Shown: positions 27,677-41,333 of the stretch, piece after piece
How the letters are laid out: every line of letters starts with the position of its first letter
Numbering within the stretch: the first letter of the stretch is position 1
Source of the DNA: Thermoanaerobaculia bacterium
GTDB taxonomy: Bacteria; Acidobacteriota; Thermoanaerobaculia; Multivoradales; Multivoraceae
Reading direction: 5' to 3'
DNA length: 64,000 nucleotides
NCBI GenBank assembly: GCA_965116445.1
Contig: OZ220688.1
Location: 1,675,789 to 1,739,788 of the forward strand
The notes under the pieces: model-generated
Database searches by the model: none
The model's input: the letters and a program-made list of their open reading frames with translations, nothing else
What the model was told of the DNA's origin: nothing
Made by a program: the position numbers and the translations under genes

Positions 27677-29077
27677 ATGGATGCACAGACCACTTGTCGC
27701 CCCCTTCGCGAGCTCCACGCCTCGCCAACCTGCCGTGCAGCGACCGTTCTCGCGGTCCTCGCGTGCGTCGCTCTCGGCGTCGCCGCACCGGCCCAGGCCT
27801 CGGACAACTGGCCCCAGTTCCGCGGCCCCGGCGCGAACCCGGCGGTCGACGACAATCCGAACCTGCCGGACCGCTGGAGCCAGACGGAGAACGTCGAATG
27901 GGTGACCGAGATCGCGGGTCTCGGCTGGTCGAGTCCGATCGTCTGGGGCAACCGGGTGTTCCTCACCGCGGCCGTCGCCGAAGGCGACTTCGAGCGCCCG
28001 CAGGCCGGGCTCTACGCCGCTCGCGGGCGCAGCGAACCACCAGAGGCCGTCCACGACTGGCGGGTCTACTGCCTGGACCTTGCGACCGGTGAGATCGTCT
28101 GGCACCGCTCCGTCAAGACGGGGCTTCCCGAGTTTCCGCGTCACCAGAAGCAGACCTACGCCTCGGAGACCCCCGCCACCGACGGCGAGCGGGTCTACGT
28201 CCGCTTCGGCGATCTCGGCGTCTACGCCTTCACGATGGACGGGACCCCGGTGTGGAGCTTCGACACGCCGTACCGGGAGACGATGTGGGACTACGGTTCC
28301 GCCTCCTCGCCGGTCGTGCACGACGATCAGGTGATCATCCTCTACGACAACGAGGAAGAGTCCTGGATCGCCGCTCTCGACAAGGTCACCGGCGAACAGC
28401 GCTGGCGCACCGACCGCGAAGAGGTCTCGAGCTGGGCGACGCCGCTCGTGTGGACCAACGAGGCACGTACCGAGATCGTGACCAACGGCAAGAACCGCAT
28501 CCGCTCCTACAGTCTCGACGGCGAACTGCTGTGGGAGATGGACGGCCGCATGTCGTGGGCAGCGATCGCGACTCCCTTTGCCGCCCACGACATGGTCTAC
28601 GTGAACTCCGGCTACTTCCAGGACCAGCGCCGACCGGTGTTCGCCATCCGGCCGGGCGCCCTGGGCGACATCACCCTCGAGGGGGACGCGACCGAGAGCG
28701 AGTTCGTCGCCTGGCACCAACCCAAGGCCGGCAACTACAACACGTCGCCGCTGGTCTACAAGGGCATCTACTACAGCCTGCTCGACCGTGGCTTCTTCGA
28801 AGCGTACGACGCGTTGACGGGTGAGCCGGTGTACGGCCGCCAGCGGGTCGCTCCGCGCGGCGGCGCCAGTTTCACCTCATCGCCGTGGGCCTACAACGAC
28901 CGCGTGTTCGCGCTGAGCGAGCAGGGCGACACCTACGTCATCCGGGCCGGCGCCGAGTACGAGGTCCTGCACATGAACAGCCTCGACGAGATGGTCATGG
29001 CGTCTCCCGCGGTCGCGGGCGACCGGCTGCTGATCCGCACCCGGTCGAAGCTCTACAGCATCAAGAACCCTGACTAG
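27677..29077 (+). CDS. Secreted PQQ-like beta-propeller repeat protein
   Basis: Signal peptide (TVLAVLACVALGVAAPAQA) followed by NWPQFRGPGANPAVDD and repeated W-x-hydrophobic beta-propeller blades (BamB/PQQ-like). Confidence 0.7.
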   Translation: MDAQTTCRPLRELHASPTCRAATVLAVLACVALGVAAPAQASDNWPQFRGPGANPAVDDNPNLPDRWSQTENVEWVTEIAGLGWSSPIVWGNRVFLTAAVAEGDFERPQAGLYAARGRSEPPEAVHDWRVYCLDLATGEIVWHRSVKTGLPEFPRHQKQTYASETPATDGERVYVRFGDLGVYAFTMDGTPVWSFDTPYRETMWDYGSASSPVVHDDQVIILYDNEEESWIAALDKVTGEQRWRTDREEVSSWATPLVWTNEARTEIVTNGKNRIRSYSLDGELLWEMDGRMSWAAIATPFAAHDMVYVNSGYFQDQRRPVFAIRPGALGDITLEGDATESEFVAWHQPKAGNYNTSPLVYKGIYYSLLDRGFFEAYDALTGEPVYGRQRVAPRGGASFTSSPWAYNDRVFALSEQGDTYVIRAGAEYEVLHMNSLDEMVMASPAVAGDRLLIRTRSKLYSIKNPD

Positions 29078-29132
29078 ATTCTTGAACAGGCCTGACCTTT
29101 ACAGTTGAGGCAAGTTCCAACCCACTGGGTGC

Positions 29133-29150
29133 GCCGGCCTTCTGGCCGGC
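29133..29150. terminator. GC-rich palindromic hairpin (GCCGGCC-TTCT-GGCCGGC) between the convergent PQQ-propeller and skp genes; possible bidirectional terminator lacking a U-tract
   Basis: A perfect 7-bp stem with a 4-nt loop in a 124-bp convergent intergenic region. No T-run on either strand. Confidence 0.25.
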
Positions 29151-29200
29151 ATCCGCTCCGGCCTGCACGCTCGTCGGTGTGAGGCGAACCCTCGCCAGAG

Positions 29201-29752
29201 CTACTCGCCGGGCGTCGCGGGATGGGCCGCGTTGTAGCGCTCGATGATCAGGTTCGTGATGTCGGCGGCATCGGCCGAGTACAGCAATCCCCCCTGGAAC
29301 TTGTTGAAGATCGCCGTGTAGCCGAACTCCCGGCCCACCTGGGAGATGATCGGCAGGACGGCCTGTTCGATCTCGCCGAATCTCTCCGCCTGCATCTTCT
29401 GCATCTCGCGGTTCGCGTCGTCCTGGGAACGTTGCAGCCCGATCGTCATGTCCTCGAGCTGCTTCTCCATCTCCGCCAGGCGATCCTCCGCCAGGGTCAG
29501 CCGGCCGTCGTTGTACTGCTTCTGCAGCGCCGCCAACTGTTCCTGCCGACCCTGGAGTTCCGTCTGCTTCTGGTCTCTGAGCCTGGTCAGTTCCTGGACC
29601 GCGATCTGGCCACGGCCCGACTCCTGCAACAGTCGCTCGACCTCGATCACCGCGATCTTGCTCTGGGCGAGGACCGGTCCCGAGGCCAGAGCCCCCAGGA
29701 GGACGGCCCCCGCGACGAATGCGGCGCGAGTACTGGGTGTCTTGGCTTTCAT
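29201..29752 (-). CDS. skp: OmpH/Skp family periplasmic chaperone
   Basis: Signal peptide plus a long Gln/Glu/Lys-rich coiled-coil body typical of Skp. Located downstream of bamA as in many Gram-negatives. Confidence 0.75.
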   Translation of the reverse strand: MKAKTPSTRAAFVAGAVLLGALASGPVLAQSKIAVIEVERLLQESGRGQIAVQELTRLRDQKQTELQGRQEQLAALQKQYNDGRLTLAEDRLAEMEKQLEDMTIGLQRSQDDANREMQKMQAERFGEIEQAVLPIISQVGREFGYTAIFNKFQGGLLYSADAADITNLIIERYNAAHPATPGE

Positions 29753-29798
29753 GCGGTGTTCTCCGTTGAGGCGGTGTCTCTGATGAAACTTGGGGACC

Positions 29799-32216
29799 CT
29801 AGAAGCTGGTCCCGATGCTGAAGTCGAAGCTGTCGAAGCGCTCGCGGTCGAAACCGCCGAGGTCGTCGAGGGGATTCAGGTTCGTAGCGTAGATGAACCG
29901 GAGCGGCGCGCCAAGAATCGGCACGTTCACCCGCAGCTCGATTCCGGCGGACATCCTCATGTGGCTGAAGTCGACATCCTGATCGTCGCCGTACACGTTG
30001 CCGGCGTCGAGGAAGGCGACCACCCGGAAGGGACCGTTGACCAGGGTGTGGTGCTCGAGGTTGATCACGACGCTCTTGTTGCCGCCCTGGGGAAAGCCGT
30101 TCTGGTCGAGCAGCGTCCGCCCGGTTTCCGGATCACGCACCCAGATCGACCGGAAGGCGTAGCCCCGAAGGCTGTTCTCCCCGCCGAGCAGATACCGGTC
30201 GAGGAAGAACAACTGACGGAGGTTGCCCGCACCGTCCGTACCGAACGGCTTGATGTAGCCGAGCTGGATGTTGGCCCGGCCTACCGTGCGCCAGGCCCCC
30301 CGCGTAAGCGGCGTTGTAAAGGCCGCCGTCAGCGACGGCCTGATGAAGAACGACTCGCCGCCCAAGGGTCCGCCCGCGTACTCGAGCGAAGCGATCAGGC
30401 GTCGGCCACGGGTCGGTTCGAGTCGGTGGTCGTGGCTGTCGTACTGGTATGTCGCGGTGACCGATCGCCGGTTGAACTGAAACGCCTGCTCGATCGTGTC
30501 GCTCATCGTTTCGTCCCGTTCCACCGGGTCCTCGAAGAAGAAGAACGTCTGCGACTGGAAACTCTCGATGTCCATGTTGCTGTACGCCAACTGGACGAGT
30601 TCCCATCGCCGGAACGACCGGCCGAAGGAGACGACACCGCCCGCCTCCTTGCTGCGATAGCGCTGGTCGACGAGCAGGTCGAAGTCCGTGTCGCGGTTGA
30701 ACAACTGGATGCCGATGTTCTGCGGCCGGTCCTTGACCCAGGGCATGTAGTAGGAGACGTCGAAGATGTCGCGGTAGCGACCGGTCTGAATCGACACGCC
30801 GACGGTCTCGCCGCGGCCGAGGAAGTTGCGCGTACGCAGAGCCGACTGGACGAAGAACCCGTCCAGTTCGCTGTAGCCGCCGCCGAACTGGACCTCGGTC
30901 TGCCCCGTCTCCGTCCCCTTGACGACCAGATCGACCTGCTGGTCGTCGGTGTCGTAGTTCACCTCGACCGGATCGTCCTCGTTCACCACGTAGTACTCGA
31001 GCTGACTGAGCCGCAGCAGGCTGGTGCGCAGCATCCCCGAGTTGAAGACATCGCCCTCCTTCATCAGCATCTGGCGCCGGAGCACGCGATCCCGCGTGCG
31101 GTCGTTGCCGGTGAACTCGAGCCGACCCACCCGAAACTGATCGTTCTCCTCGACCATCACCAACAGGTCCGCGACCAGATCGTCCCGTTCGATGATCTCC
31201 ATCTTCACGTCCGCGAAGATGTAGCCGCTGTTGCGGTAGAGCTCGCCGATCTGCTCGACCCCCTCGTCGATCACGTCCGAGCGCAGCCAGCCGCCCTGGG
31301 GATCCTTGAACATCTGGCGCAACAGCCCTTCCGGCAACACCTCGGCGCCTTCGATCTCGATCTCACCGAGCTTCCAGCGCGGCCCTTCCTCGATCGGCAC
31401 GACCAGGCCGAGCTGCCTCTTGCGGTCCTCGAGCCGGTCCGCGTTCGGCTTGCGTTCGATCACGTCGAGCTCCGGCTCGCCGACCTCGACATCCTTGTAG
31501 CCGAAGCGGCGATAGATGTCCTTGACCTTGTCGAGGTCCTCCTCGACAGTGGCCGAGTTGAAGACATCGCGCTTGCGAATCCGGGTCAGCAGGTTCGACT
31601 TCTTCGTCTTCTCCATCTGGCGGCGCAGCTTCCCGGCGGAGAAGACCTCGTTGCCTTCGAAGTCGACCTGGCCGATCTTGACCCGGCCGCCCTCGTCGAC
31701 CGTGATGAGAACGCGCTTCTCGCCCAGGCCCGCGTCCTGCACCTCGACATGTACTCCGGCGAAGCGGAAGCCCCGCTCTTCGTAGAGCTTCCTGATCGCC
31801 TGCTCGAGGCGAGCCAGTTCGCCGAGGTCGAGCGGCAAATCCTCGTACACCGAGATGCGCTCCCGATCCGTCATGTCGCCGATGTCGCTGCGCTTGAGCT
31901 TCTTCAGCCCGTCGTACTCGAGCGAGGTCAGAAGGGGCCGCTCGGTGATCGTCACCGTCACCCCCACGCCCTCGCCCGCCGCCTCGGACTCGACCTGGAT
32001 GTCGTCGATCAGTTCACGCTCCCAGAGATCCTTGATCCGGTCGTTCAGACGGCCCGGATCCCAGGGCTTTCCCGGCTCGAGATCGAGGTAGTAGCTCAGG
32101 CTCTCTTCGCTCAGCGTCTCCACGCCGGTGTACTCGACCGACACGATCGGCCGACCGACCAGGAGCTGCGCCGCCGCGGGGGACGCGACCAGAAGCACGG
32201 TCAGCAGAGCACCCAT
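29799..32216 (-). CDS. bamA: Outer membrane protein assembly factor BamA
   Basis: Start at ATG 32216 (MGALLTVLLVASPAAAQ signal peptide). POTRA repeats followed by a C-terminal Omp85 beta-barrel that ends in ...GTSF. Confidence 0.85.
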   Translation of the reverse strand: MGALLTVLLVASPAAAQLLVGRPIVSVEYTGVETLSEESLSYYLDLEPGKPWDPGRLNDRIKDLWERELIDDIQVESEAAGEGVGVTVTITERPLLTSLEYDGLKKLKRSDIGDMTDRERISVYEDLPLDLGELARLEQAIRKLYEERGFRFAGVHVEVQDAGLGEKRVLITVDEGGRVKIGQVDFEGNEVFSAGKLRRQMEKTKKSNLLTRIRKRDVFNSATVEEDLDKVKDIYRRFGYKDVEVGEPELDVIERKPNADRLEDRKRQLGLVVPIEEGPRWKLGEIEIEGAEVLPEGLLRQMFKDPQGGWLRSDVIDEGVEQIGELYRNSGYIFADVKMEIIERDDLVADLLVMVEENDQFRVGRLEFTGNDRTRDRVLRRQMLMKEGDVFNSGMLRTSLLRLSQLEYYVVNEDDPVEVNYDTDDQQVDLVVKGTETGQTEVQFGGGYSELDGFFVQSALRTRNFLGRGETVGVSIQTGRYRDIFDVSYYMPWVKDRPQNIGIQLFNRDTDFDLLVDQRYRSKEAGGVVSFGRSFRRWELVQLAYSNMDIESFQSQTFFFFEDPVERDETMSDTIEQAFQFNRRSVTATYQYDSHDHRLEPTRGRRLIASLEYAGGPLGGESFFIRPSLTAAFTTPLTRGAWRTVGRANIQLGYIKPFGTDGAGNLRQLFFLDRYLLGGENSLRGYAFRSIWVRDPETGRTLLDQNGFPQGGNKSVVINLEHHTLVNGPFRVVAFLDAGNVYGDDQDVDFSHMRMSAGIELRVNVPILGAPLRFIYATNLNPLDDLGGFDRERFDSFDFSIGTSF

Positions 32217-32250
32217 CGTCCGCACCGCGAGGGAGAGACGGCGTAACTCC

Positions 32251-32310
32251 GGTTTCCGCACGAATCGATCGGAACTCCGCGAGATCGGCTCGGGTTTCCG
32301 CAAGACTTGA

Positions 32311-32326
<16 letters not shown>
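32251..32326. promoter_or_regulatory. Three direct copies of GGTTTCCGCA(A/C)GA at 32251, 32293 and 32314 (spacing 42 and 21 bp) in the clpC-bamA intergenic region (the third overlaps the last clpC codons)
   Basis: Exact 10-mer GGTTTCCGCA repeated three times on the plus strand. The 21-bp phasing sits upstream of the bamA start at 32216. Confidence 0.4.
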
Positions 32327-34827
<2,501 letters not shown>

Positions 34828-34907
34828 GGAGTTACCTGCTTTCGACGCTACGCGCCCGCTCGGGCCGCAGTCTATCGACGCAACCGGTTCAGCGGGCGCC
34901 CCGGCAC

Positions 34908-35576
34908 TCAGTGGCGCGCCAACCGCCCTCCGTCGAGCACCAGGGTCCTGCCGCATCTACTCGCCACCTCCGGGTTGTGCGTGACCAGCACCAACGTCGT
35001 TGCACGCCGCTGCCTGAGGTCACTCAACAGCTCCAGCACGCGCGCTCCGCTGGTCGCGTCCAGGTTGCCGGTCGGTTCGTCGGCGAGCAGAACCGGCGGT
35101 TCCAGCACCAGCGCCCGGCAGATCGCCACGCGCTGCCGCTCGCCGCCGGAGAGCTGCTGGGGAAAGTCGCCCGCACGGTCCCTGAGCCCGACCTGCTCAA
35201 GCAGTTCCAGCCCCTCGGTCTCCAGCGACACTCCCGAGCGACCCGCAATCCGCCCCGGCATGATCACGTTCTCAAGCGCGGTGAAGTCGGGTAGCAACTG
35301 GTGAAACTGAAACACGAAGCCGAGGGAGCGGTTGCGAAACCCGGCCAGCGCTGCTGGTCTCGAGGCCGAGAGCTCGACCCCGTCTATCCGCACGGTACCT
35401 GCATCCGGGGTGTCGAGCGCCCCGAGGATGTTCAGCAATGTCGACTTCCCCGAACCCGAGGGGCCGACGATGGCGACCGTCTCGCCGCGGCCGACCTCGA
35501 GGTCGACACCGCGCAGCACTTCACGCCGGGCCGCCCCGTCCCGGTAGGCCTTGGTGACTCCGGCGACGAAGATCAC
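34908..35576 (-). CDS. lolD: ABC transporter ATP-binding protein (LolD/MacB-type)
   Basis: GPSGSGKST Walker A, LSGGERQRVAICRAL ABC signature and LLADEPTGNLD Walker B. Confidence 0.75.
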   Translation of the reverse strand: MIFVAGVTKAYRDGAARREVLRGVDLEVGRGETVAIVGPSGSGKSTLLNILGALDTPDAGTVRIDGVELSASRPAALAGFRNRSLGFVFQFHQLLPDFTALENVIMPGRIAGRSGVSLETEGLELLEQVGLRDRAGDFPQQLSGGERQRVAICRALVLEPPVLLADEPTGNLDATSGARVLELLSDLRQRRATTLVLVTHNPEVASRCGRTLVLDGGRLARH

Positions 35577-36763
35577 GTGCGGGCGCTCCGCATCGCCTCG
35601 ACCGGGTCCAGCCGGCTCGCCTTGCGCGCGCTCAGCAGCGAGGCCGCGCCCGTGAACAGAATCGTGGAGAAAGCCACGACGAACAGGTCCTCTTCCCTGA
35701 CCACAAACGGCACGTAGTCGACGATGTACACGTCCGACGGCAGCGAGAGCACGCGGAAGGAGTCCAGGAACAACGCTACGCCGGCCCCGATCAGGACGCC
35801 GACTCCCGCGCCGCCGACGGAGAGCAGCACGCCGAGCGTCAGGAAGATGCCCCGCAAGCGCGCGGGAGGTACGCCCATCGCCGCGAGCACGCCAACTTCG
35901 GAACGCTTGCTGGAAAGCACCAGGGAAAGAGAAGCGAGCAGCGCAAAGGCCGCCACCGCGACGATCAGCGCCACCGCCGAGAACACCAGGCCCTTCTCCA
36001 GCCGCAGGACGAAAAGCAACGCCCGATTGGCCTGCCGCCAGGTCGCCACCGAGCCCTCGGTCGGGGCGATCGCCGCGCGCAGGTCGGCGGCCACTTCTTC
36101 GGGGTCGGCGGCCGGGGCCAGGGTGAGATCAAGCCGCCGGTCACCGCCCGCGAAGAGCGCGGCCGCCTGCTCCAGCGGCAGCAGCACCGGCAGGTCCTCG
36201 TACCCGGCACGTTCGGCGTCGTAGATCGCGGCCACCGGGAGCGTCCGAACGCGCGGCCGAGGCCCGACCGGAGTCAGCGAAGACCGGGGTGACGCCACCC
36301 GAACCGAACCGCCGACCGTCAGCCCCATCCGCAGGGCGACCTGAAGCGGCACGATCAGACCTGGAGCCGCCGCGGCCTCCACCGGAGTCCACGCGGGCGG
36401 CGCCTTCTCGTAGCCCACCACCTCGACCGCCACCACACCCCTCCTGTCGACCAGCCAACCGCGGGCGTAGAGCAACTCCTGGACCGTCATTACGCCTTGT
36501 GTAGCCGTCACACGGTCGACGATCGAGGCGGCCGACCCGGTCGCGGAGTCCACTCGACCTCCCAGTTCCACCTGCAGGGTCGGTGTGTGCTGCGCGAGAT
36601 CCCGGAGCAGGTGGTTCTGGAAGCCCGAGAGCGCCGCCAGGGCGAGGACCAGGGCCGCCGTGCCGACTGCCAGACCGCCGGCGGTCAGCGATGACAGCAC
36701 ACGGATGTGCGCATCCGCGCGGGTCGAACGGAAGTACCTCAGCGCGACATGCCAGACGAAACC
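35573..36763 (-). CDS. ABC transporter permease, FtsX-like (LolC/E family); start approximate
   Basis: Four TM helices with the FtsX C-terminal domain (SSKRSEVGVLAAMG ... LSARKASRLDPVEAMR). Overlaps the lolD start. Confidence 0.65.
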   Translation of the reverse strand, partial: GFVWHVALRYFRSTRADAHIRVLSSLTAGGLAVGTAALVLALAALSGFQNHLLRDLAQHTPTLQVELGGRVDSATGSAASIVDRVTATQGVMTVQELLYARGWLVDRRGVVAVEVVGYEKAPPAWTPVEAAAAPGLIVPLQVALRMGLTVGGSVRVASPRSSLTPVGPRPRVRTLPVAAIYDAERAGYEDLPVLLPLEQAAALFAGGDRRLDLTLAPAADPEEVAADLRAAIAPTEGSVATWRQANRALLFVLRLEKGLVFSAVALIVAVAAFALLASLSLVLSSKRSEVGVLAAMGVPPARLRGIFLTLGVLLSVGGAGVGVLIGAGVALFLDSFRVLSLPSDVYIVDYVPFVVREEDLFVVAFSTILFTGAASLLSARKASRLDPVEAMRSART

Positions 36764-36848
36764 CACGGCACGCGAGGCTATCCGCAGCACTTGACCTGAG
36801 CCCAATGCCCCGGAGGCCAGGGACGGACGCCGGGCCGGCCGACCGGCG

Positions 36849-37397
36849 CTACTCCTCCTCCACCTCCACTTCGTCCAGCACACCGACGTAGGGCAGGTTG
36901 CGGTAGCGATCGTTGTAGTCGAGGCCGTAGCCGACGACGAAGACGTCGTCCACTTCGAAGCCGCGGTAGTGGATATCGACAGCCGTCTCCCGCTTGCACG
37001 CCTTGTCCAGCAGGACGCAGAGGCGAACCGAACGGGCGCCGCGGAAACCCATCAGCGCCATGATCGTGCGCATCGTGTAGCCCGTGTCGACGATGTCCTC
37101 GATCAGCAGCACGTCGCGCCCGGCCAGGGAGTGGTCCAGGTCGCGCCGGATCCGCACCTCGCCGGGTGAGGTTGTCTCACCCCGATAGCTCGAGGTCTGA
37201 AAGAAATCGACGACCAGGGGCCGTGACAGGCGCTGCACCAGATCGGCGAGGAAGAAGACCGAGCCCTTGAGCACGCCCACACAGAGGAGGTCTCTGCTGT
37301 CGGCGTAGTCACGCTCGATCTCGGCCGCGAGTTCGTCGATCCGGCGCTGCAGCATCTCCGCCGAAATGAGCTCCCTGGGCTTTCCGTTCTCGGTCAT
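36849..37397 (-). CDS. hpt: Hypoxanthine phosphoribosyltransferase
   Basis: Start at ATG 37397 (MTENGKPREL). PRTase motif VLLIEDIVDTGYT. Confidence 0.85.
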   Translation of the reverse strand: MTENGKPRELISAEMLQRRIDELAAEIERDYADSRDLLCVGVLKGSVFFLADLVQRLSRPLVVDFFQTSSYRGETTSPGEVRIRRDLDHSLAGRDVLLIEDIVDTGYTMRTIMALMGFRGARSVRLCVLLDKACKRETAVDIHYRGFEVDDVFVVGYGLDYNDRYRNLPYVGVLDEVEVEEE

Positions 37398-37475
37398 GGT
37401 CACCTCAAGCGCCGGCGCCTGACGACGCTCCGGTCGTGTATCGTCCACCCCACTCCGCGGCGGGGGATCAAGGCG

Positions 37476-38348
37476 GTGAATCTGCGCAAGAATACAGGGC
37501 CGGACACGGGTCTCGCCGACGAGCTTGAGGAGAGCGGAAAACGCTGGCTCGACGCCGGCCGGCCCCGGCCTGAGGCCCTTCTCGTCACCGGTTCCGGGCT
37601 GAGCCTCGACCTTGGCGTCCCGGCGGCCGGCCCATGGCCGTTCCAGGACCTGCTTCCGTTCGCTGTCGAGGCGGTCGAAGGGCATGAGGCAACGATCGAA
37701 CTCGTCGAAACGCCCGACGGCCGGTTCCTGCTCTACTGCCGCGGCCGGCTCCACGCCTACCAGGGCTACACGCCGGCGCAGGTCGTCTACCTGGTGCGCC
37801 TGGCGGCTCTGCTCGGCGCCGGTTCGCTCGTCGTCACGAACGCCGCCGGCTCACTGCGGCGCAACTCCCCGCCGGGGTCGATCGTGGCACTCTCCGATCA
37901 CGTCAACCTGACCGGTCTGAACCCGCTTCGCGGCCGCATGCCGGCAAGCTGGGGCCCCCGGTTCCCGGACCTGGCCGGCGCCTACGACCCCGCCCTCCGC
38001 CGCCGGTTCGTCGAACTCGGCCGCAGTGCCGGGATCAGCGTGGGTGAAGGGGTGTACCTGGGCCTGCTCGGGCCCTCCTACGAGACGCCGGCCGAGATCC
38101 GGGCCTACCAGGCGCTCGGCGTCGACCTGGTCGGCATGTCGACGGTGCTGGAAGTCATCGCCGCCCGCCACATGGGCCTGCGCGTGCTCGGTTTCTCTCT
38201 GGTCACGAACATGGGCGTTGGACTCGAGGAGGGGCCGGTCGATCACGAGGACGTGCTCCGCGTCGGCAGCAGCGCGGCGGCCGACGTCGCACGCCTGACC
38301 TCCGATCTGATCGCCGATGGCGTTCTCTGGCGCGCTACGTCAAACTGA
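37476..38348 (+). CDS. Purine nucleoside phosphorylase (PNP/MTAP family, PunA-like)
   Basis: YLGLLGPSYETPAEIRAYQALGVDLVGMSTVLEVIAARHMG phosphate- and ribose-binding motifs. Confidence 0.8.
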   Translation: MNLRKNTGPDTGLADELEESGKRWLDAGRPRPEALLVTGSGLSLDLGVPAAGPWPFQDLLPFAVEAVEGHEATIELVETPDGRFLLYCRGRLHAYQGYTPAQVVYLVRLAALLGAGSLVVTNAAGSLRRNSPPGSIVALSDHVNLTGLNPLRGRMPASWGPRFPDLAGAYDPALRRRFVELGRSAGISVGEGVYLGLLGPSYETPAEIRAYQALGVDLVGMSTVLEVIAARHMGLRVLGFSLVTNMGVGLEEGPVDHEDVLRVGSSAAADVARLTSDLIADGVLWRATSN

Positions 38349-38351
38349 ACC

Positions 38352-39836
<1,485 letters not shown>

Positions 39837-39849
39837 AGACGGAGGACGC

Positions 39850-39857
39850 TTAGCAAT
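39850..39857. repeat. Target-site duplication, left copy (TTAGCAAT)
   Basis: An 8-bp direct repeat identical to 43289..43296; it abuts the left terminal inverted repeat. Confidence 0.7.
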
Positions 39858-39891
39858 GGGGATTATATACGAGAGTGCCGAAGCCGAACGG

Positions 39892-40089
39892 CTACCGGCG
39901 CACGCTCTTCGGTGACTTGACGTAGTTGACCTTCACCTCTCCGGCCAGCGCATCGGCGAGCACGTCAAAGCTGGCGTTGATCCGCAGGTCTTCCCGCAAC
40001 TCCGCTGCGGACGGCTGGTAGCTGGGGTGAACGATGTCTACGACAGGGCGTGTCGGCCGCTTGTCTCTCTCTACTTGCTTTCTAGCCAC
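39892..40089 (-). CDS. Small hypothetical protein (65 aa) overlapping the 3' end of the methyltransferase-HNH gene
   Basis: ORF MARKQVERDKRPTRPVVDIVHPSYQPSAAELREDLRINASFDVLADALAGEVKVNYV; no recognisable motif. Lies inside the element next to IRL. Confidence 0.3.
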   Translation of the reverse strand: MARKQVERDKRPTRPVVDIVHPSYQPSAAELREDLRINASFDVLADALAGEVKVNYVKSPKSVRR

Positions 40090-41333
40090 GCTAGCTTCTC
40101 CCTCAGTTCCGAGATCATGTTTGCCTTGGCGATGCTGTCTTCACTGGTGCCCTTCGTGAGGTTGCACGGACGGCAGAGCAGTTGAAGATTGTCGGGTTCG
40201 TCTCCGCCACCTTCGGCTTGCGGCACGATGTGGTCAACGTCCATCAGCCGAATATCCGTGAGCGTGGAGCACATCGCGCACCGGCCTTCTTGCTCGCCGA
40301 AGAGCAGGTGCTTGTGGCTGGTCGGCTTCGGCGGCGCTTGCGACTCCGTGACGCTCTCTGTGGTCCAATACTGGATGTCGTGAAGTACGGTGCCCATGAA
40401 CGAGACTTCGTTCGTCAGCCGCTCCCTCACGAGCTTGTAGGCCATGTCCGATATGTCCATGCCGATCCACTGGCGGTTCAGTCTCTCCGCTGCTACACAG
40501 GCGGTCGCGCAGCCACAGAAGGGGTCTAGCACGATGTCGCCCTCGTTCGAGGATGCCCGGATGATCCGTTCCAAGAGCGCTAGCGGCTTCTGGGTCGGAT
40601 AGCCAACGTTCTCGGCAGCCTGCGAGTTCAGGAAGTTGATATCGAACACGTCTGTATGTCGGTTGCCCTGGGTCGTGTCCACAGGTTTCACGATGTCGAA
40701 GTCGTTGCGGTCGATCTTCCCGTCGGCTTCCTTGCGGGCAAGAACCGCCTCGTCGTAGATGTACAGGTAGCGCTGGCCACCCATCCGCTTCGTGTTGTAC
40801 CCCGCTCGGACGAGTTGCTGTTTCCGTGGCGACAACTCGGAATCGTAGGTCGCGTGGTAGTGGAACTTCGTAGAGCGCGAGTAGAACAGGAGCGTGTCGT
40901 GCGCCCGCAGGAACTTCTTGGCCCGCGAGTTCGCCACTTTCTTGTACGACCACACGATCTCGTTGCGGAACTGAATCCGGCCGAAGATCACGTCCATCAG
41001 CGTCTTGAGGTAATGGCTGGCGGTCGGATCGCAGTGGAGGTACACGCTCGCCGTGGGCTTCATCACGCGCCGCAGTTCGAGCAGCCGCACCGCCATGTAG
41101 ATCAGGTACGCCTTCATGCCCTTGGAGTGCGCGGTGCCGGCCGCGTCGATGGTCTGGTACAGCGCCGGGTGATGCTCCGCGAGTTCGCCGTGCCACGCGA
41201 GGTCTACGTCGTCCAGCGTCCAAGTGTCCTTGAACGCCGCGCCCGCAGCCTTGCTGCCTATCGGAGCGGCGAAGTTCCGGTCCTTGTTGAACGGCGGATC
41301 GAGGTAGACGAGATCTACGCATCCGTCCGCCAT
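40071..41333 (-). CDS. DNA methyltransferase (N6-adenine/N4-cytosine, beta-class) fused to a C-terminal HNH endonuclease domain; the annotated ATG is internal. The conserved N-terminus continues upstream through the repeat tract.
   Basis: DPPF (motif IV) at the N-terminus and VLDPFCGCATACVAA (motif I, FxGxG). C-terminal HNH motif CAMC...DVDHIVPQAEGGGDEPDNLQLLCRPCN. The in-frame sequence 5' of ATG 41333 encodes ...YGPQDWVRAIHTGDNLNILRG, the conserved MTase N-terminal segment. Confidence 0.75.
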   Translation of the reverse strand: MADGCVDLVYLDPPFNKDRNFAAPIGSKAAGAAFKDTWTLDDVDLAWHGELAEHHPALYQTIDAAGTAHSKGMKAYLIYMAVRLLELRRVMKPTASVYLHCDPTASHYLKTLMDVIFGRIQFRNEIVWSYKKVANSRAKKFLRAHDTLLFYSRSTKFHYHATYDSELSPRKQQLVRAGYNTKRMGGQRYLYIYDEAVLARKEADGKIDRNDFDIVKPVDTTQGNRHTDVFDINFLNSQAAENVGYPTQKPLALLERIIRASSNEGDIVLDPFCGCATACVAAERLNRQWIGMDISDMAYKLVRERLTNEVSFMGTVLHDIQYWTTESVTESQAPPKPTSHKHLLFGEQEGRCAMCSTLTDIRLMDVDHIVPQAEGGGDEPDNLQLLCRPCNLTKGTSEDSIAKANMISELREKLAWLESK